NCBI GenBank assembly: GCA_963842525.1
Contig: CAWJGT010000019.1
Location: forward strand, 32,001-96,000
Direction: 5' to 3'
Source of the DNA: an uncultured Holophagales bacterium
GTDB taxonomy: Bacteria > Acidobacteriota > Thermoanaerobaculia > Multivoradales > UBA5704
Length of the DNA stretch: 64,000 nt
Position numbers and translations under genes: made by a program
Part shown: one piece after another, positions 22,203 to 32,229 of the stretch
How positions within the stretch are numbered: the stretch's first letter is position 1
Layout of the letters: each line of letters opens with the position of its first letter
The notes under the pieces: model-generated
The model's input: the letters and a program-made list of their open reading frames with translations, nothing else
Told to the model about the DNA's origin: nothing
The model's database searches: none

Positions 22203-23104
22203 CCGCGGTCGTCCCCACGCTGGGCCGGAGCCCGCTGCTGCTCCCCTGCCTGGAGGCCCTGCGGAAGGACGGCGGCGCCGGGCTGGAGCTGTTGGTGGTG
22301 GACCAGGGGGAGAGCCCGGCCGAGCTGCCACCAGGGCTCGCCGACCGCGTCCTGCGGCCGGGCCGCAACCTCGGCTTCGCCGCGGGGACGAACCTGGGGA
22401 TCGCCGAGGCCGCGGGCGAGCTGATCGCGACGGTCAACGACGACGTGCTCGTCGAGCCCGGATGGCTCTCCCGCCTCGCCCCGGCGCTCGCTGCCGATCC
22501 GCGCGCCGCCGCGGCGCAGGGGGTGAACCTGCTCCTCGACGACCCCGAGAGGGCCGACGGCTGCGGCCTTGCCTGGAACCGCTGGTGGCAGGCCGTCCAG
22601 GTCGGCCACGGCGAGCCGGCGCCGCCGGGGCCGGACGGAAAGCCGCGGGAGGTCTTCGGCGTCTCGGCGACGGCAGCGCTCTTCCGGCGCGAGGCCCTGC
22701 TGGCGGTGTCGCAATCGGGGCAGGCCTTCGATCCCCGGCTGGTCTCCTATTACGAGGACGTCGAGCTTGCAGGCCGCCTGCGCGGCGCCGGATACAAGGC
22801 CCTGCTGGTGCCGGCGGCACGGGCGCGGCACGCCGGGTCGGCGACCGGGAAGACGATAGGCCGCGAGCGCTGGCGGCTGATCTACGGCAACCGCTATCTC
22901 GCTGCGGCAGATCTGCTGGGGTGGGGGTTCTGGCCGCGTCTGCCTTGGATGGCGGTCCGCGATGGGCTTGATCTTCTGAGAGGAGAGGGAGAGCAGATCG
23001 CCGGAATCCTGGCGGGGTGGGGGAGGGCGGTGCGGTGCCTCCCGGGCTTCGCCCGGTCGGGTCGGCCGCGGGTGCCGTTGGGCGAGATCGAGCGGTTCCG
23101 GTAA
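22190..23104 (+). CDS. Glycosyltransferase family 2
   Basis: VVDQG, NLGFAAGTNLG, VNDD, YYEDVELAGR. Confidence 0.85.
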   Translation: MAGLTAVVPTLGRSPLLLPCLEALRKDGGAGLELLVVDQGESPAELPPGLADRVLRPGRNLGFAAGTNLGIAEAAGELIATVNDDVLVEPGWLSRLAPALAADPRAAAAQGVNLLLDDPERADGCGLAWNRWWQAVQVGHGEPAPPGPDGKPREVFGVSATAALFRREALLAVSQSGQAFDPRLVSYYEDVELAGRLRGAGYKALLVPAARARHAGSATGKTIGRERWRLIYGNRYLAAADLLGWGFWPRLPWMAVRDGLDLLRGEGEQIAGILAGWGRAVRCLPGFARSGRPRVPLGEIERFR

Positions 23105-23239
23105 CCTGTGCCGGTGACCTCACCCCCTAGTCCCCTCTCCGCGCCGTGTTGTCAGCGGGCGCACAAGCCGGCCGTTGACCACGAAGAAGCGGCTTAAGAT
23201 TTGGCTTCCAATAGAAAGCGCGGGCCTTCCTCTTTCTTG

Positions 23240-24667
23240 TCAGTTGCTGTTCGCGGCGACTTGCTCGACCGCCGTCTTCATCGCCTGAAGATCTGACGCA
23301 GCCAGCCAGCGCCCGTTCACCATCACGCCCGCGATGGCCCGCGTCGCGGCGATGTTGCGGGAGGGGTCGGCCGAAAGCAGGAGGAGATCCGCCCGCTTTC
23401 CCGCCTCGATGGTCCCGCGCAGCTTCTCTTGGCCCATGAGCCGCGCGGCGTCCCGAGTCGCGGCGATCAACGCCTCCATCGGCGTCAAGCCGGCCTCGAC
23501 CAGGTTGGCCAGCTCCTCGTGGAGAGAGAGCCCGGGAAAGACGAACGGATTGGGCGTGTCGGTCCCGGCGGCCAGCTTCACGCCCGCCCGATGAAACGCC
23601 CCGACCAGCGCGCGGCGCGTGGCGCGACCCTGCTCCACCTGCTGCCAGTCGGACGGGGTGAGGCCGCGGCGGCCGCGCTCGCTGACGCCTTTCCAGTAGC
23701 TCACGATGCCGCGGTCGACCGCTCGGATCTCCGGACCCGAGAGCCACCGATCGACCGTGGCATCGGGCGCCAGTGCCCGGTCGTTATTCACGACGGTGGG
23801 CACCGACCAGACACCCGACTGGACGATCTCCGTCGCGAGGCGCTCCATCTTCGCGGGGTCGGCCGGTATGGCGAGACGGCGCTTCGACCAGTGCGTGGCC
23901 TGTCCGCGCAGCGGGGAGTCGTTGCGCTCGATCGCATCCGCATAGTCGCCCTGGTGCTCGATGGACGTGATTCCGCTGGTGAGGATCTGGGACAGGCCGA
24001 CGGCCCGGGGAATGTGCCCCGCGAACGGCAAGCGGCGTTCGCGGGCTGCCGTCACGATGGCCGAGAACGCCTCCTGGGAGAGATTCGTGTAGATCTTGAT
24101 GAAGTCGTAGCCGGCATCCGCCTGGGCATTCACCGCGTTCCGGGCCTCTTGCGCGTTCCTGACGACCGTGTTGTCGGGCCGCGCGGGCGGATCGCCGTCC
24201 AGCACCGGACCGGCCGTGTAGATGGCCGGCGAGGGCAGGGCGCCGCTCTCGGCCTGACGCCTCCAGTCCAGGATGTATGGCCGGCCGTCCATGCTCCGGA
24301 CGGAGGTCACGCCGTAGACCAGGAAGAGTTGCAAGTAGGCGGGCGTCTCGAAATGTTCGAGATGGACGTGCGTGTCGGAAAGACCGGGAACGAGGTAATG
24401 GCCGCGCCCATCGATCGATCGCGCGCCCTTGGGGACCGACGCGCCCGAGCGCGGGCCCACCGCCTCGATCCGGCCGCCCCGGACCACGACCGTCTGGTCG
24501 CGAAGGACGACGGGACGGTCCATCGGCAACAGATCGACGCCGACGAATGCGAACGCGTCCCCCGCGGCGGCTTCCCCTTGACCCTGTCCAGCCGCTCGAA
24601 GCAGCAGCAAGCCGATAACGCAGGAAAGCAACACGGCGAAACCGCGAGGAATCGCTCTGATAGCCAT
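23240..24667 (-). CDS. Secreted amidohydrolase (imidazolonepropionase-like)
   Basis: PGLSDTHVH, GVTSVRSM, DFIKIY, SIEH, AGTD, GTIEAGKRADLLLL. Confidence 0.88.
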   Translation of the reverse strand: MAIRAIPRGFAVLLSCVIGLLLLRAAGQGQGEAAAGDAFAFVGVDLLPMDRPVVLRDQTVVVRGGRIEAVGPRSGASVPKGARSIDGRGHYLVPGLSDTHVHLEHFETPAYLQLFLVYGVTSVRSMDGRPYILDWRRQAESGALPSPAIYTAGPVLDGDPPARPDNTVVRNAQEARNAVNAQADAGYDFIKIYTNLSQEAFSAIVTAARERRLPFAGHIPRAVGLSQILTSGITSIEHQGDYADAIERNDSPLRGQATHWSKRRLAIPADPAKMERLATEIVQSGVWSVPTVVNNDRALAPDATVDRWLSGPEIRAVDRGIVSYWKGVSERGRRGLTPSDWQQVEQGRATRRALVGAFHRAGVKLAAGTDTPNPFVFPGLSLHEELANLVEAGLTPMEALIAATRDAARLMGQEKLRGTIEAGKRADLLLLSADPSRNIAATRAIAGVMVNGRWLAASDLQAMKTAVEQVAANSN

Positions 24668-24801
24668 TTGTCTCCTGGCGCCAAAGCTCACCTGCCGCGG
24701 CGGCAGATGAAGGTTGGAACCAGAATAACACGCAACGCCGCGCGGTCAGGCGTAGCGTTTTCGCCGCTGGCAACCTTCGCAGCTTTCCGGCCGACCGCTG
24801 A

Positions 24802-25091
24802 CGTGGTCGGCCCGCCACCGGCAGCCGGACGGGGACGAGCCTTACTACTCCCGCCACAACGAGCTGCTGCCGCTCGTGCTGGTCCCGGCCTATCGCCTGG
24901 GCGACAAGCTCGGAGCCCTCGATCTGCTGAAAGGAGAGGGAGAGCAGATCGCCGGAATCCTGGCGGGGTGGGGGAGGGCGGCGCGGTGCCTCCCGGGCTT
25001 CGCCCGGTCGGGTGGGCCGCGGGTGCCGTTGGGCGAGATCGAGCGGTTCCGGTAACCTGTGCCGGTGACCTCACCCCCTAGCCCCCTCTCC
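24802..25091 (+). repeat. Collapsed duplicate of 20410-23140 (three fused pieces)
   Basis: 24802-24848 = 20410-20456; 24849-24921 = 20598-20670; 24921-25091 = 22970-23140. Confidence 0.9.
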
Positions 25092-25289
25092 CATCTCCCG
25101 CCCGCCCAACCCCGGGAGAGGGGGAACGCGGGCACCTTCGATCAGCCCGGCAGGGAGGGTGGGCCTGGGAGCGCCGGCGCTCCCAGGATTCCCTCCGGCG
25201 CAGAGTTAGACCGCGCGCAGGGGGCCAGAGCTACGTCCCCCCTCTCCCATCGCCCCCCCTTCCCCCGGGAGAGGGGGGAGGGGGTGAGG
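25069..25289. repeat. Inverted pair of CCCTCTCCC..GGGAGAGGG REP-like elements
   Basis: CCTCACCCCCTAGCCCCCTCTCCC..GGGAGAGGGGG and CCCCTCTCCC..GGGAGAGGGGGGAGGGGGTGAGG. Confidence 0.8.
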
Positions 25290-26194
25290 TCTCCGGCATC
25301 GTCGTCCACTGGCACAACGAAGACCTGCTCGCCGAGCTGACCGCGGCGTGGCCCCGGGACCCGCGCTTCGAGCTGATCGTGGTGGACAACGGCTCGTCCG
25401 CGCCGCTCCGGCTCGGTCCGGCGCGGCTCGTCCGGCCCGGCCGGAACCTGGGCTTCGCCGGCGGGGCCAATGCGGGCATTGCGGCGGCCGGGGCTCCCAT
25501 CCTTCTGATCCTCAATCCCGATGCGATCCCGGAGGAGGGCGCGCTCGACCGGCTGGTCGAGGGTTTTGCGGCTTTTCCCGACGCCGCGGGCCTGGCGCCG
25601 CGGCTGACGGGGCCGGACGGCGAGCCCCAGCACGGCTGGCAGCTCCGGCGCATTCCGTCGGTGGGGCGGCTCCTGCTTCACACACTCCCCCTGGGCGGCG
25701 GGCCGGACGTCCGCGAGGAGCCGGCCGCGGGCTCCGCGGTCGAGCAGCCGGCGGCGGCGGCTCTGGCTCTGCGGCGCGAGGCGGTCCAGGCGGTAGGGGG
25801 CTTCGACGAAAGCTTCCATCCGGCCTGGTTCGAGGACGTGGACCTTGCCCGGCGGCTGCGGGACAAGGGCCTCGTGCTGCGCTACTGGCCGCGGGCCCGG
25901 TTTCGCCACGCGCTGGGGAGCACGGTGCCGCGCCTCGGCTATGGCCCGTTCCTCTGGATCTACTACCGAAACCTCACCCGGTACCTCGCCAAGCACCACG
26001 GCCAGGCCTGGGCCCTGGCGGCGCGTTTACTGCTCCTGCCGGGAATCCTGATCCGGCTCGTGCTCCTGCCACTGCGGCGCCCGCGGCGGGCGGCCTCCAG
26101 GGCCGAGGCCTTCCGCGGCCTCCTGGCGGTGCTGGCCGGTGCAGTGAGCGGCTGGCACCGGCCGCGCCGGTTCGGATCGGAGGCCGCCGCGTGA
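25284..26194 (+). CDS. Glycosyltransferase family 2 (start probably the GTG at the REP end, with a 1-nt indel)
   Basis: VSGIVVHWH, IVVDNGS, NLGFAGGAN, LNPD, WFEDVDL. Confidence 0.85.
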
Positions 26195-27204
26195 CGGAAG
26201 GGGCGGGGGTGAGCGTCTGCATCGTCACCCACGATTCGGCCGCCGACCTGCCCGGCTGCCTGGAGGCGGTCGGCCGGCTCGTGCACCGGCCCCTCGAAAT
26301 CGTAGTGGTCGACTGCGCCAGCCAGGATGGCAGCCTGGAAGCCGCCCGCCGGAGCGCTCCGGAAGGGGTCCCCTTCCAGGCCATCGGACTGGCCGAGAAT
26401 GAAGGGTTCGCCGGCGGCATGAACCGGGCGCTGGGGATCGCCAGGCTCCCGTTCGTCCTCACCCTGAACGCCGATGCCCGTCCCGCACCCGACTACGTCA
26501 CGCTCCTGCTGGCCCGGGCGGACGCAGATCCAAAGCTGCGGGTGGGTGCGGTCGCCGGCCGGCTGGTGCGTCCGGCCGATCCGACAGAGAAAACGGACGG
26601 GCTGCGCCGGCTGGATGCCTGCGGTATGCGGCTGACGCGCACGTGGCGGCACCTCGACCGTGGGTCCGGCGAGCCGGATCGGGGCCAGTTGAGTGCTCCC
26701 GAGCGGGTCTTCGGCGCCACGGGGGCCGCCTCGCTGTTCCGCCGCGCGGCGCTGGACGACGCGGCCGTGGACGGAGCGGCCTTCGATCCCCGGTTCCATT
26801 CGTTCCGTGAGGACGCGGAGCTCTGCTTCCGCCTCCGCGAGCGCGGCTGGGAGGTGCTCTACGAGCCGGCCGCGGTCGCCGAGCACCGCCGCTGGAACCT
26901 GCCCGAGCGGCGGTCGGCCATGCCGGCGATGGTCAACTACCACTCGCTCAAGAACCGCTATCTGCTCCGGCTCTACCACCAGACCGCGGGCAACTTCGTC
27001 CGCACGTTGTTCCCGGCTCTGATCCGGGACCTCCTGGCGCTGGGCTACGTCCTGCTGCGCGAGCCCTCGTCGCTCGCCGCCTATGCATGGCTGTGGCGGC
27101 ACCGGGCCGAGATCCTGGACCGGCGGCGGGCGATCCAGGGGCGGCGCACGGTCGCAGCGAGGGACATCGACCGGTGGTTCTTCACCGAGGGGATACCGCT
27201 GTGA
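26191..27204 (+). CDS. Glycosyltransferase family 2
   Basis: VSVCIVTH, VVDCASQDGS, NEGFAGGMN, LNADA, FREDAELCFR. Confidence 0.88.
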   Translation: MTEGAGVSVCIVTHDSAADLPGCLEAVGRLVHRPLEIVVVDCASQDGSLEAARRSAPEGVPFQAIGLAENEGFAGGMNRALGIARLPFVLTLNADARPAPDYVTLLLARADADPKLRVGAVAGRLVRPADPTEKTDGLRRLDACGMRLTRTWRHLDRGSGEPDRGQLSAPERVFGATGAASLFRRAALDDAAVDGAAFDPRFHSFREDAELCFRLRERGWEVLYEPAAVAEHRRWNLPERRSAMPAMVNYHSLKNRYLLRLYHQTAGNFVRTLFPALIRDLLALGYVLLREPSSLAAYAWLWRHRAEILDRRRAIQGRRTVAARDIDRWFFTEGIPL

Positions 27205-28323
27205 AGCCCCTCAACGTGGCCCTGCTCGGCAGCCGCGGCATCCCCGGCCGCTATGGCGGCTACGAGACGCTGATGGAGGAGCTGGCGGTCCGGCTGGTGG
27301 ACCGCGGCTTCCGGGTGACTGTCTACTGCCGGTCGCACTCGACGCCTTCGTCCCTGACCTCCTGGCGCGGCGCCCGTCTCGTCGTGCTGCCCACAGTGCG
27401 CACCAAGTACCTGGACACGCCGGTCCATACGTTCCTCTCCACCCTGCATGCGGCGCGCGAGCCGTTCGACGCCGCGCTGGTCGTCAACTCGGCCAATGCC
27501 CTGTTCGTGCCGCTGCTCCAGGCGAGCGGCGTGCCTGTGGCTCTGCACGTGGACGGCATCGAGAAGCGCCGCGCCAAATGGGGTCCGGCCGGCCGGGCGG
27601 TCTATGCGCTTTCCGAGCGTCTCGCCTGCGTGCTGCCCGACGCGCTCGTCACCGACGCCGAGGTCATCCGCCGCCACTACCTCGACCGCTACGGGGTCGA
27701 CTCGACGCCGATCGCCTATGGCGTCGACCCGCGCCCGCCCCGGGAGACAGGGGTGCTGGAGCGGCTGGGGCTGCGCAGCCGCGGCTTCTTCCTCTACGTC
27801 AGCCGGTTCGAGCCGGAGAACAACCCGCACCGGGTGGCAGAGGCCTATCGGCAGGCCGGCGGCGACCTGCCGCTGGTGATGGTCGGTGGAGCGCCCTACG
27901 CCAGCCGTTTTATCGCTAGCTTCACGCAGGGCGCCGATCCCCGGATCCTCTTCCCGGGCCCGATCTATGGAGAGGGCTATCGCGAGCTGCTGTTGCACGC
28001 CTTCGCCTATGTGCACGCGACCGAGGTGGGAGGGACCCACCCTGCGCTCGTGGAGGCCATGGGCTACGGCAACTGCGTCGTGGTCAACGACACGCCCGAG
28101 AACCGCGAGGTGGCCGCGGAGGCCGGCCTCTGGTTCCGGGCGGCCGACCCTTCCTCGCTGGCCGAGCAGCTCGACCGCGTGCGGCGGGACCCTGAAGAGG
28201 CCGCGGAGCTGCGGCCGGACGGCGGCGCGGCGGGCAGCGCTCCACTATTCCTGGGACCGGGTGGCGGACCAATATGGCCGTCTTTTTGCATTAATTTCAG
28301 GACGAGAACACGAAGATGGATGA
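27201..28323 (+). CDS. Glycosyltransferase family 4 (DUF1972-type; frameshift near 28212)
   Basis: LGSRGIPGRYGGYET, VDGIE, VSRFEPENN, GGTHPALVEAMG, YSWDRVADQY. Confidence 0.88.
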
Positions 28324-28392
28324 AAGGGGCGGTTCGCCCGTACAATAAGCAACGTTGCGACGAGGCGGAATTTCGATCCTGCACACCTGTTC

Positions 28393-29850
28393 ATGCTGAA
28401 AGAACGAGCCCGGATCCTCGCGGTCACCGTTTTCCTGCTCGACCTGTCTCTCGTCTCCGCCGCCTTCCTGGCGGCATACTGGGTGCGCGACGCGGTCCTG
28501 CCATGGCTCGCGCATGGCACGTTCCCGAGCCGGCTGTACCCTCTGAGCGAGTACCTCCCGCTGCTGCCGCTGGCGGCGGTGATCTGGGGAATTCTGCTGC
28601 TGCTCTCCGGCCGCTACCGCTCGCACCGGACCGCGCCCCTCCTCGACGAGGCGTGGGCGATCATCCGGGTCTGCGCCTCCGGGGCGGTGGTCTTCACGCT
28701 GCTGCTCTATGCCGCGCGCATCGACGAGCAGCTCCTCGGCAACGACCAGATCAGCCGTTTCTGGATCCTCCTTTTCGCAATTTTCTCCGTCCTCTTCCTG
28801 CTCAGCGAGAAGCTGGCGCTGCGCATCACCGCCCGCTATGCCCGGGTGCACGGGTTCAACTACCGGACGGTGCTGATCGTCGGCACCGGCCCCGATGCGC
28901 TCAAGATCGCCGACTCGATCCACGGCCACCGCTACTGGGGGTTCCGCATCCTCGGCTTCATCGCCAACGGCAGCCCGGTCCCCGACGAGCTGCGGAGGGG
29001 CCGCTACCAGGTGCTGGGCGAGGTCGACGACATCCCCCGGATCGTCGAGAGCAATGTGGTCGACGACGTCATCTTCGCCGTCCACCGGCGGGAGCTGGAC
29101 CGGCTGGAGGACCTGTTCCTGAGCCTCCAGGAGCAGGGCATCCGCACCCGCTTCGCCATGGACCTCTTCCCGCACACCCGGGCCCGCGTGCAGCTCGAGG
29201 AGCTGGACGGCATGCCGCTGCTGAGCTTCGCGACGGTCCCGACGAGCCAGATCCAGCTCATGGCCAAGCGCGCCGTGGACGTTGCCATTGCCCTGCTCCT
29301 GCTGGTGCTCGGCCTGCCGATGGCGCTGTTCATCGCTCTGGCGGTCAAGATCACCTCGGGCGGCAACGTGCTGTTCCGCCAGACCCGGTGCGGGCTCAAC
29401 GGCCGGTTTTTCACTTTGTACAAGTTCCGCACGATGGTCGAGGGCGCCGAGGAGCGCCGCCGCGAGCTGATGCACCTCAATGAGATGAACGGGCCGGTAT
29501 TCAAGCTGCGCAGCGATCCGCGGGTGACCTGGCTCGGCCGCTTCCTGCGCCGCTTCAGCCTGGACGAGCTGCCGCAGCTCTGGAACGTGCTGCGCGGCGA
29601 CATGAGCCTGGTCGGGCCGCGCCCGCCGATCCCCGAGGAGGTGGCCAAGTACCAGCGCTGGCAGCGCCGCCGCCTCGCCATGAAGCCGGGCATGACCTGT
29701 CTCTGGCAGGTCAGCGGGCGCAACGAGCTGGACTTCGACCGCTGGATGCAGCTCGACCTCGAATACATCGACTCCTGGTCGCCGATGCTCGATCTCAAGA
29801 TCCTGCTGCGGACGATTCCGGCCGTGCTCAGTGGGAAGGGCGCGTCGTAG
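28393..29850 (+). CDS. Polyprenyl-phosphate sugar phosphotransferase (WcaJ/WbaP-like)
   Basis: KRAVD, FRQTRCGLNG, KFRTM, DPRVT, SLDELPQLWNVLRGDMSLVGPRP, KPGMTCLWQVSGR. Confidence 0.93.
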   Translation: MLKERARILAVTVFLLDLSLVSAAFLAAYWVRDAVLPWLAHGTFPSRLYPLSEYLPLLPLAAVIWGILLLLSGRYRSHRTAPLLDEAWAIIRVCASGAVVFTLLLYAARIDEQLLGNDQISRFWILLFAIFSVLFLLSEKLALRITARYARVHGFNYRTVLIVGTGPDALKIADSIHGHRYWGFRILGFIANGSPVPDELRRGRYQVLGEVDDIPRIVESNVVDDVIFAVHRRELDRLEDLFLSLQEQGIRTRFAMDLFPHTRARVQLEELDGMPLLSFATVPTSQIQLMAKRAVDVAIALLLLVLGLPMALFIALAVKITSGGNVLFRQTRCGLNGRFFTLYKFRTMVEGAEERRRELMHLNEMNGPVFKLRSDPRVTWLGRFLRRFSLDELPQLWNVLRGDMSLVGPRPPIPEEVAKYQRWQRRRLAMKPGMTCLWQVSGRNELDFDRWMQLDLEYIDSWSPMLDLKILLRTIPAVLSGKGAS

Positions 29851-30020
29851 CCCCCTCCCCCGTCCCCTCCCCCGCGCGGCCCCCACACGCCCACCCCGAG
29901 CGGGAGTGGGGCGCCCCCACCCACCCCTTAAAAGCAGGCTCTCTTGCTGGTTTCCCCCTCTCCCGCTCGGGGCGGGGGGCCGGGGGCCGCGCGGGGGAGG
30001 GGGTCAGGGGGAGGGGGTTT
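29851..30020. repeat. Degenerate inverted REP-like pair
   Basis: CCCCTCCCCCGCGCGGCCCC..CCCCGAGCGGGAG and the inverse CTCCCGCTCGGGG..GGGGCCGCGCGGGGGAGGGG; related copy at 34550-34611. Confidence 0.7.
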
Positions 30021-31038
30021 TCCTAGGAAGTCTCCCCTCGATCAACCCCAGAGTCGTCTCCACCACCGCCTGAAGCGGCCCAACGTCCGCCTTGCCGGTG
30101 CCGGCGAGGGCGAAGGCTGTGCCGTGGTCGACCGAGGTGCGCAGGAAGGGGAGGCCGAGGGTCCAGTTGGTGGCCAGGCCGAAGGCGGCGGTCTTGACCG
30201 CGATCAGGCCCTGGTCGTGGTAGAGGGCGAGGACCCAGTCGTGCTCGCCGCGCCGGGCGCGGGCGAAGAGGGAGTCGGCGCTCTCCGGGCCGTGGACGTC
30301 GATGGCGCGCTCGCGGGCCGCGGCCACCGCCGGCGCGAGCACGCGGCCGTCCTCCTCCCCCAGGAGCCCTCCCTCTCCGGCGTGCGGGTTGAGGCCGGCC
30401 AGGGCGATCTTCCCTCCGGCATGGCGGTGGAGGCAGTCGAGCGCCTGGCCGAGCAGAGGCTCCCGGATCGCCTCCAGGGCGTCGCGCAGCGGGAGGTGGA
30501 CGGTGAGCAGCGCCACCTGGAGGTCGGGGGCCAGGAAGGCCATCAGGTAGTCGCGGCCGTAGCGCTCCAGGCCGCAGGCCTCGGCCAGATAGTCCGTATG
30601 ACCCCTGAAATCGGGCAGGCATTGGCGGGCGATCGACTCCTTGCTGACCGGCGCGGTGACCAGGGCGTCCGCCACGCCGGAGCGGACCAGCGCCATGCCG
30701 GCGTCGAGGGCCGCCAGGGCGCCGGCGGCGTCGGCCGGGCCCGAGGCGCCGAACGCGAGGCTGCGCCGGGAGCCGACCGGATCGAGCACCGGGATGCCGT
30801 CCAGGCGCTCCAGCTCCTCGCGGGAGGGCGGCGCGTCCAGGTAGAGCAGGCGGTCCCAGGGGATGCCCGCGTCGGACAGCACCGGCCGCAGCGGCTCCAG
30901 CGCCGCGCGCTCGGCGACGAGGAGCGGCTCCCATCCCGGCGCGGCGCTGGAAGGAGAGGCCAGCAGCTTGAGGAGGATCTCCGGCCCGATGCCCGCAGGG
31001 TCACCCTGCGTCAGGGCGAGGCGAGAACGCCGGCTCAT
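30004..31038 (-). CDS. pdxA: 4-hydroxythreonine-4-phosphate dehydrogenase
   Basis: GDPAGIGPE, TAPVSK, GHTDYL, LNPHAGEGG, YHDQGLI, RTSVDHGTAF. Confidence 0.95.
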   Translation of the reverse strand: MSRRSRLALTQGDPAGIGPEILLKLLASPSSAAPGWEPLLVAERAALEPLRPVLSDAGIPWDRLLYLDAPPSREELERLDGIPVLDPVGSRRSLAFGASGPADAAGALAALDAGMALVRSGVADALVTAPVSKESIARQCLPDFRGHTDYLAEACGLERYGRDYLMAFLAPDLQVALLTVHLPLRDALEAIREPLLGQALDCLHRHAGGKIALAGLNPHAGEGGLLGEEDGRVLAPAVAAARERAIDVHGPESADSLFARARRGEHDWVLALYHDQGLIAVKTAAFGLATNWTLGLPFLRTSVDHGTAFALAGTGKADVGPLQAVVETTLGLIEGRLPRKTPSP

Positions 31039-31063
31039 GAGGTCCGTGCGAAAAGAGGGTGGA

Positions 31064-31409
31064 TCAGGCGCGGTCCGCGATCTCGCCGTTGTTGACCTTC
31101 CTGCGCTGCCGCTTCAGCTCTTCCTCTTTGAACATGTAGCGGATGTACTGCTTCTGGATCAGGAGATTGGGGCCGCTGTGCCGGTTGAGCTTGATCGCCC
31201 CCTTGTCGTACCACTCGATCCATCCGCGCAGCTCTTCGCCGCCGTCGAGGATGACCACCATCGGCGTCTTCGACGCCATCTGCTTGAGGTAGTAGAACTC
31301 CTCGGCGTTGGTCTGCTCGGGCGGCGATCTGTTTACGGCGCACGCTGCGCGAGGGGAGCTCCTTCTTGAGCTCGTTCATATCCGGGCGGATCAGTTTCCG
31401 GTTGGCCAT
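31064..31409 (-). CDS. hfq: Hfq-like Sm-fold RNA chaperone (frameshift near 31325)
   Basis: [47 protein letters not shown] resembles Sm1/Sm2. Confidence 0.7.
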
Positions 31410-32167
31410 TTTGGGTTCCATGGACCGTATGCCAGTCTCGAGCGGGAGCGGCGGCGGACCGAAGGTCCGGGTTCCGCCCCTTGTACTGTTCGTCCTCGTA
31501 GGCCAGGCAGCAAAGGAGCCGCCCGCACTGGCCCGAGATCTTCGACGGATTGAGGCTCAGGTTCTGCCGCTTCGCCATCTGGATCGAGATCGGCCGGAAG
31601 TCCTTCAGCCAGGTCGAGCAGCAGAGCGTGCGCCCGCAGACGCCGATGCCGCCGATCAGGCCGGCCTCGTCCCGGGCGCCCACCTGGACCATCTTCACCC
31701 GCACCGAAAAGCGGGTCGACAGGTCGCGCACCAGTTGTCGGAAGTCCACTCTGCCTTCAGACGTGAAGTAAAAAGTCGCCTTCTTGCCATTGAAGGAGAA
31801 GTCGACCAGGGAGACCTTCATGTCGAGCCCGAGGGCGCGCGACCGCTCCTGCGCGTAGAGCTTGCCCTGTCATCTCGCTCTGGCACTGGCGCTCGTAGGC
31901 CGCCTTGTCCGCCTCGTCGGCCGCCCGCACGATCGGCCGGGCGCTCGACTTCTGGCACGGCTTGAACACCGGCATCGGAGACTGCTCGACGTGGCCGTAG
32001 GCCGGCCCGGACTCGAGGTCCACGATGACCCGTTCGCCCCGCGCGTAGATCTTCCCGGCGGTCGAGCAGAGTGTCAGGTTCGTCTCCTCACGGAATCGTA
32101 CGCCGACGTAGGCATCCTCGACGGCGGTCGACATCCCCTTGAAAGCACAGCCGTTGCAACCACTCAT
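31333..32167 (-). CDS. PSP1/RicT (YaaT) family protein (frameshift near 31866)
   Basis: [70 protein letters not shown]. Confidence 0.9.
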
Positions 32168-32229
32168 AAATCGGTCCGTCCAGACAGCGATCCACCTTCT
32201 TGCACGATGAGTACCAGACCTGTACCTTA

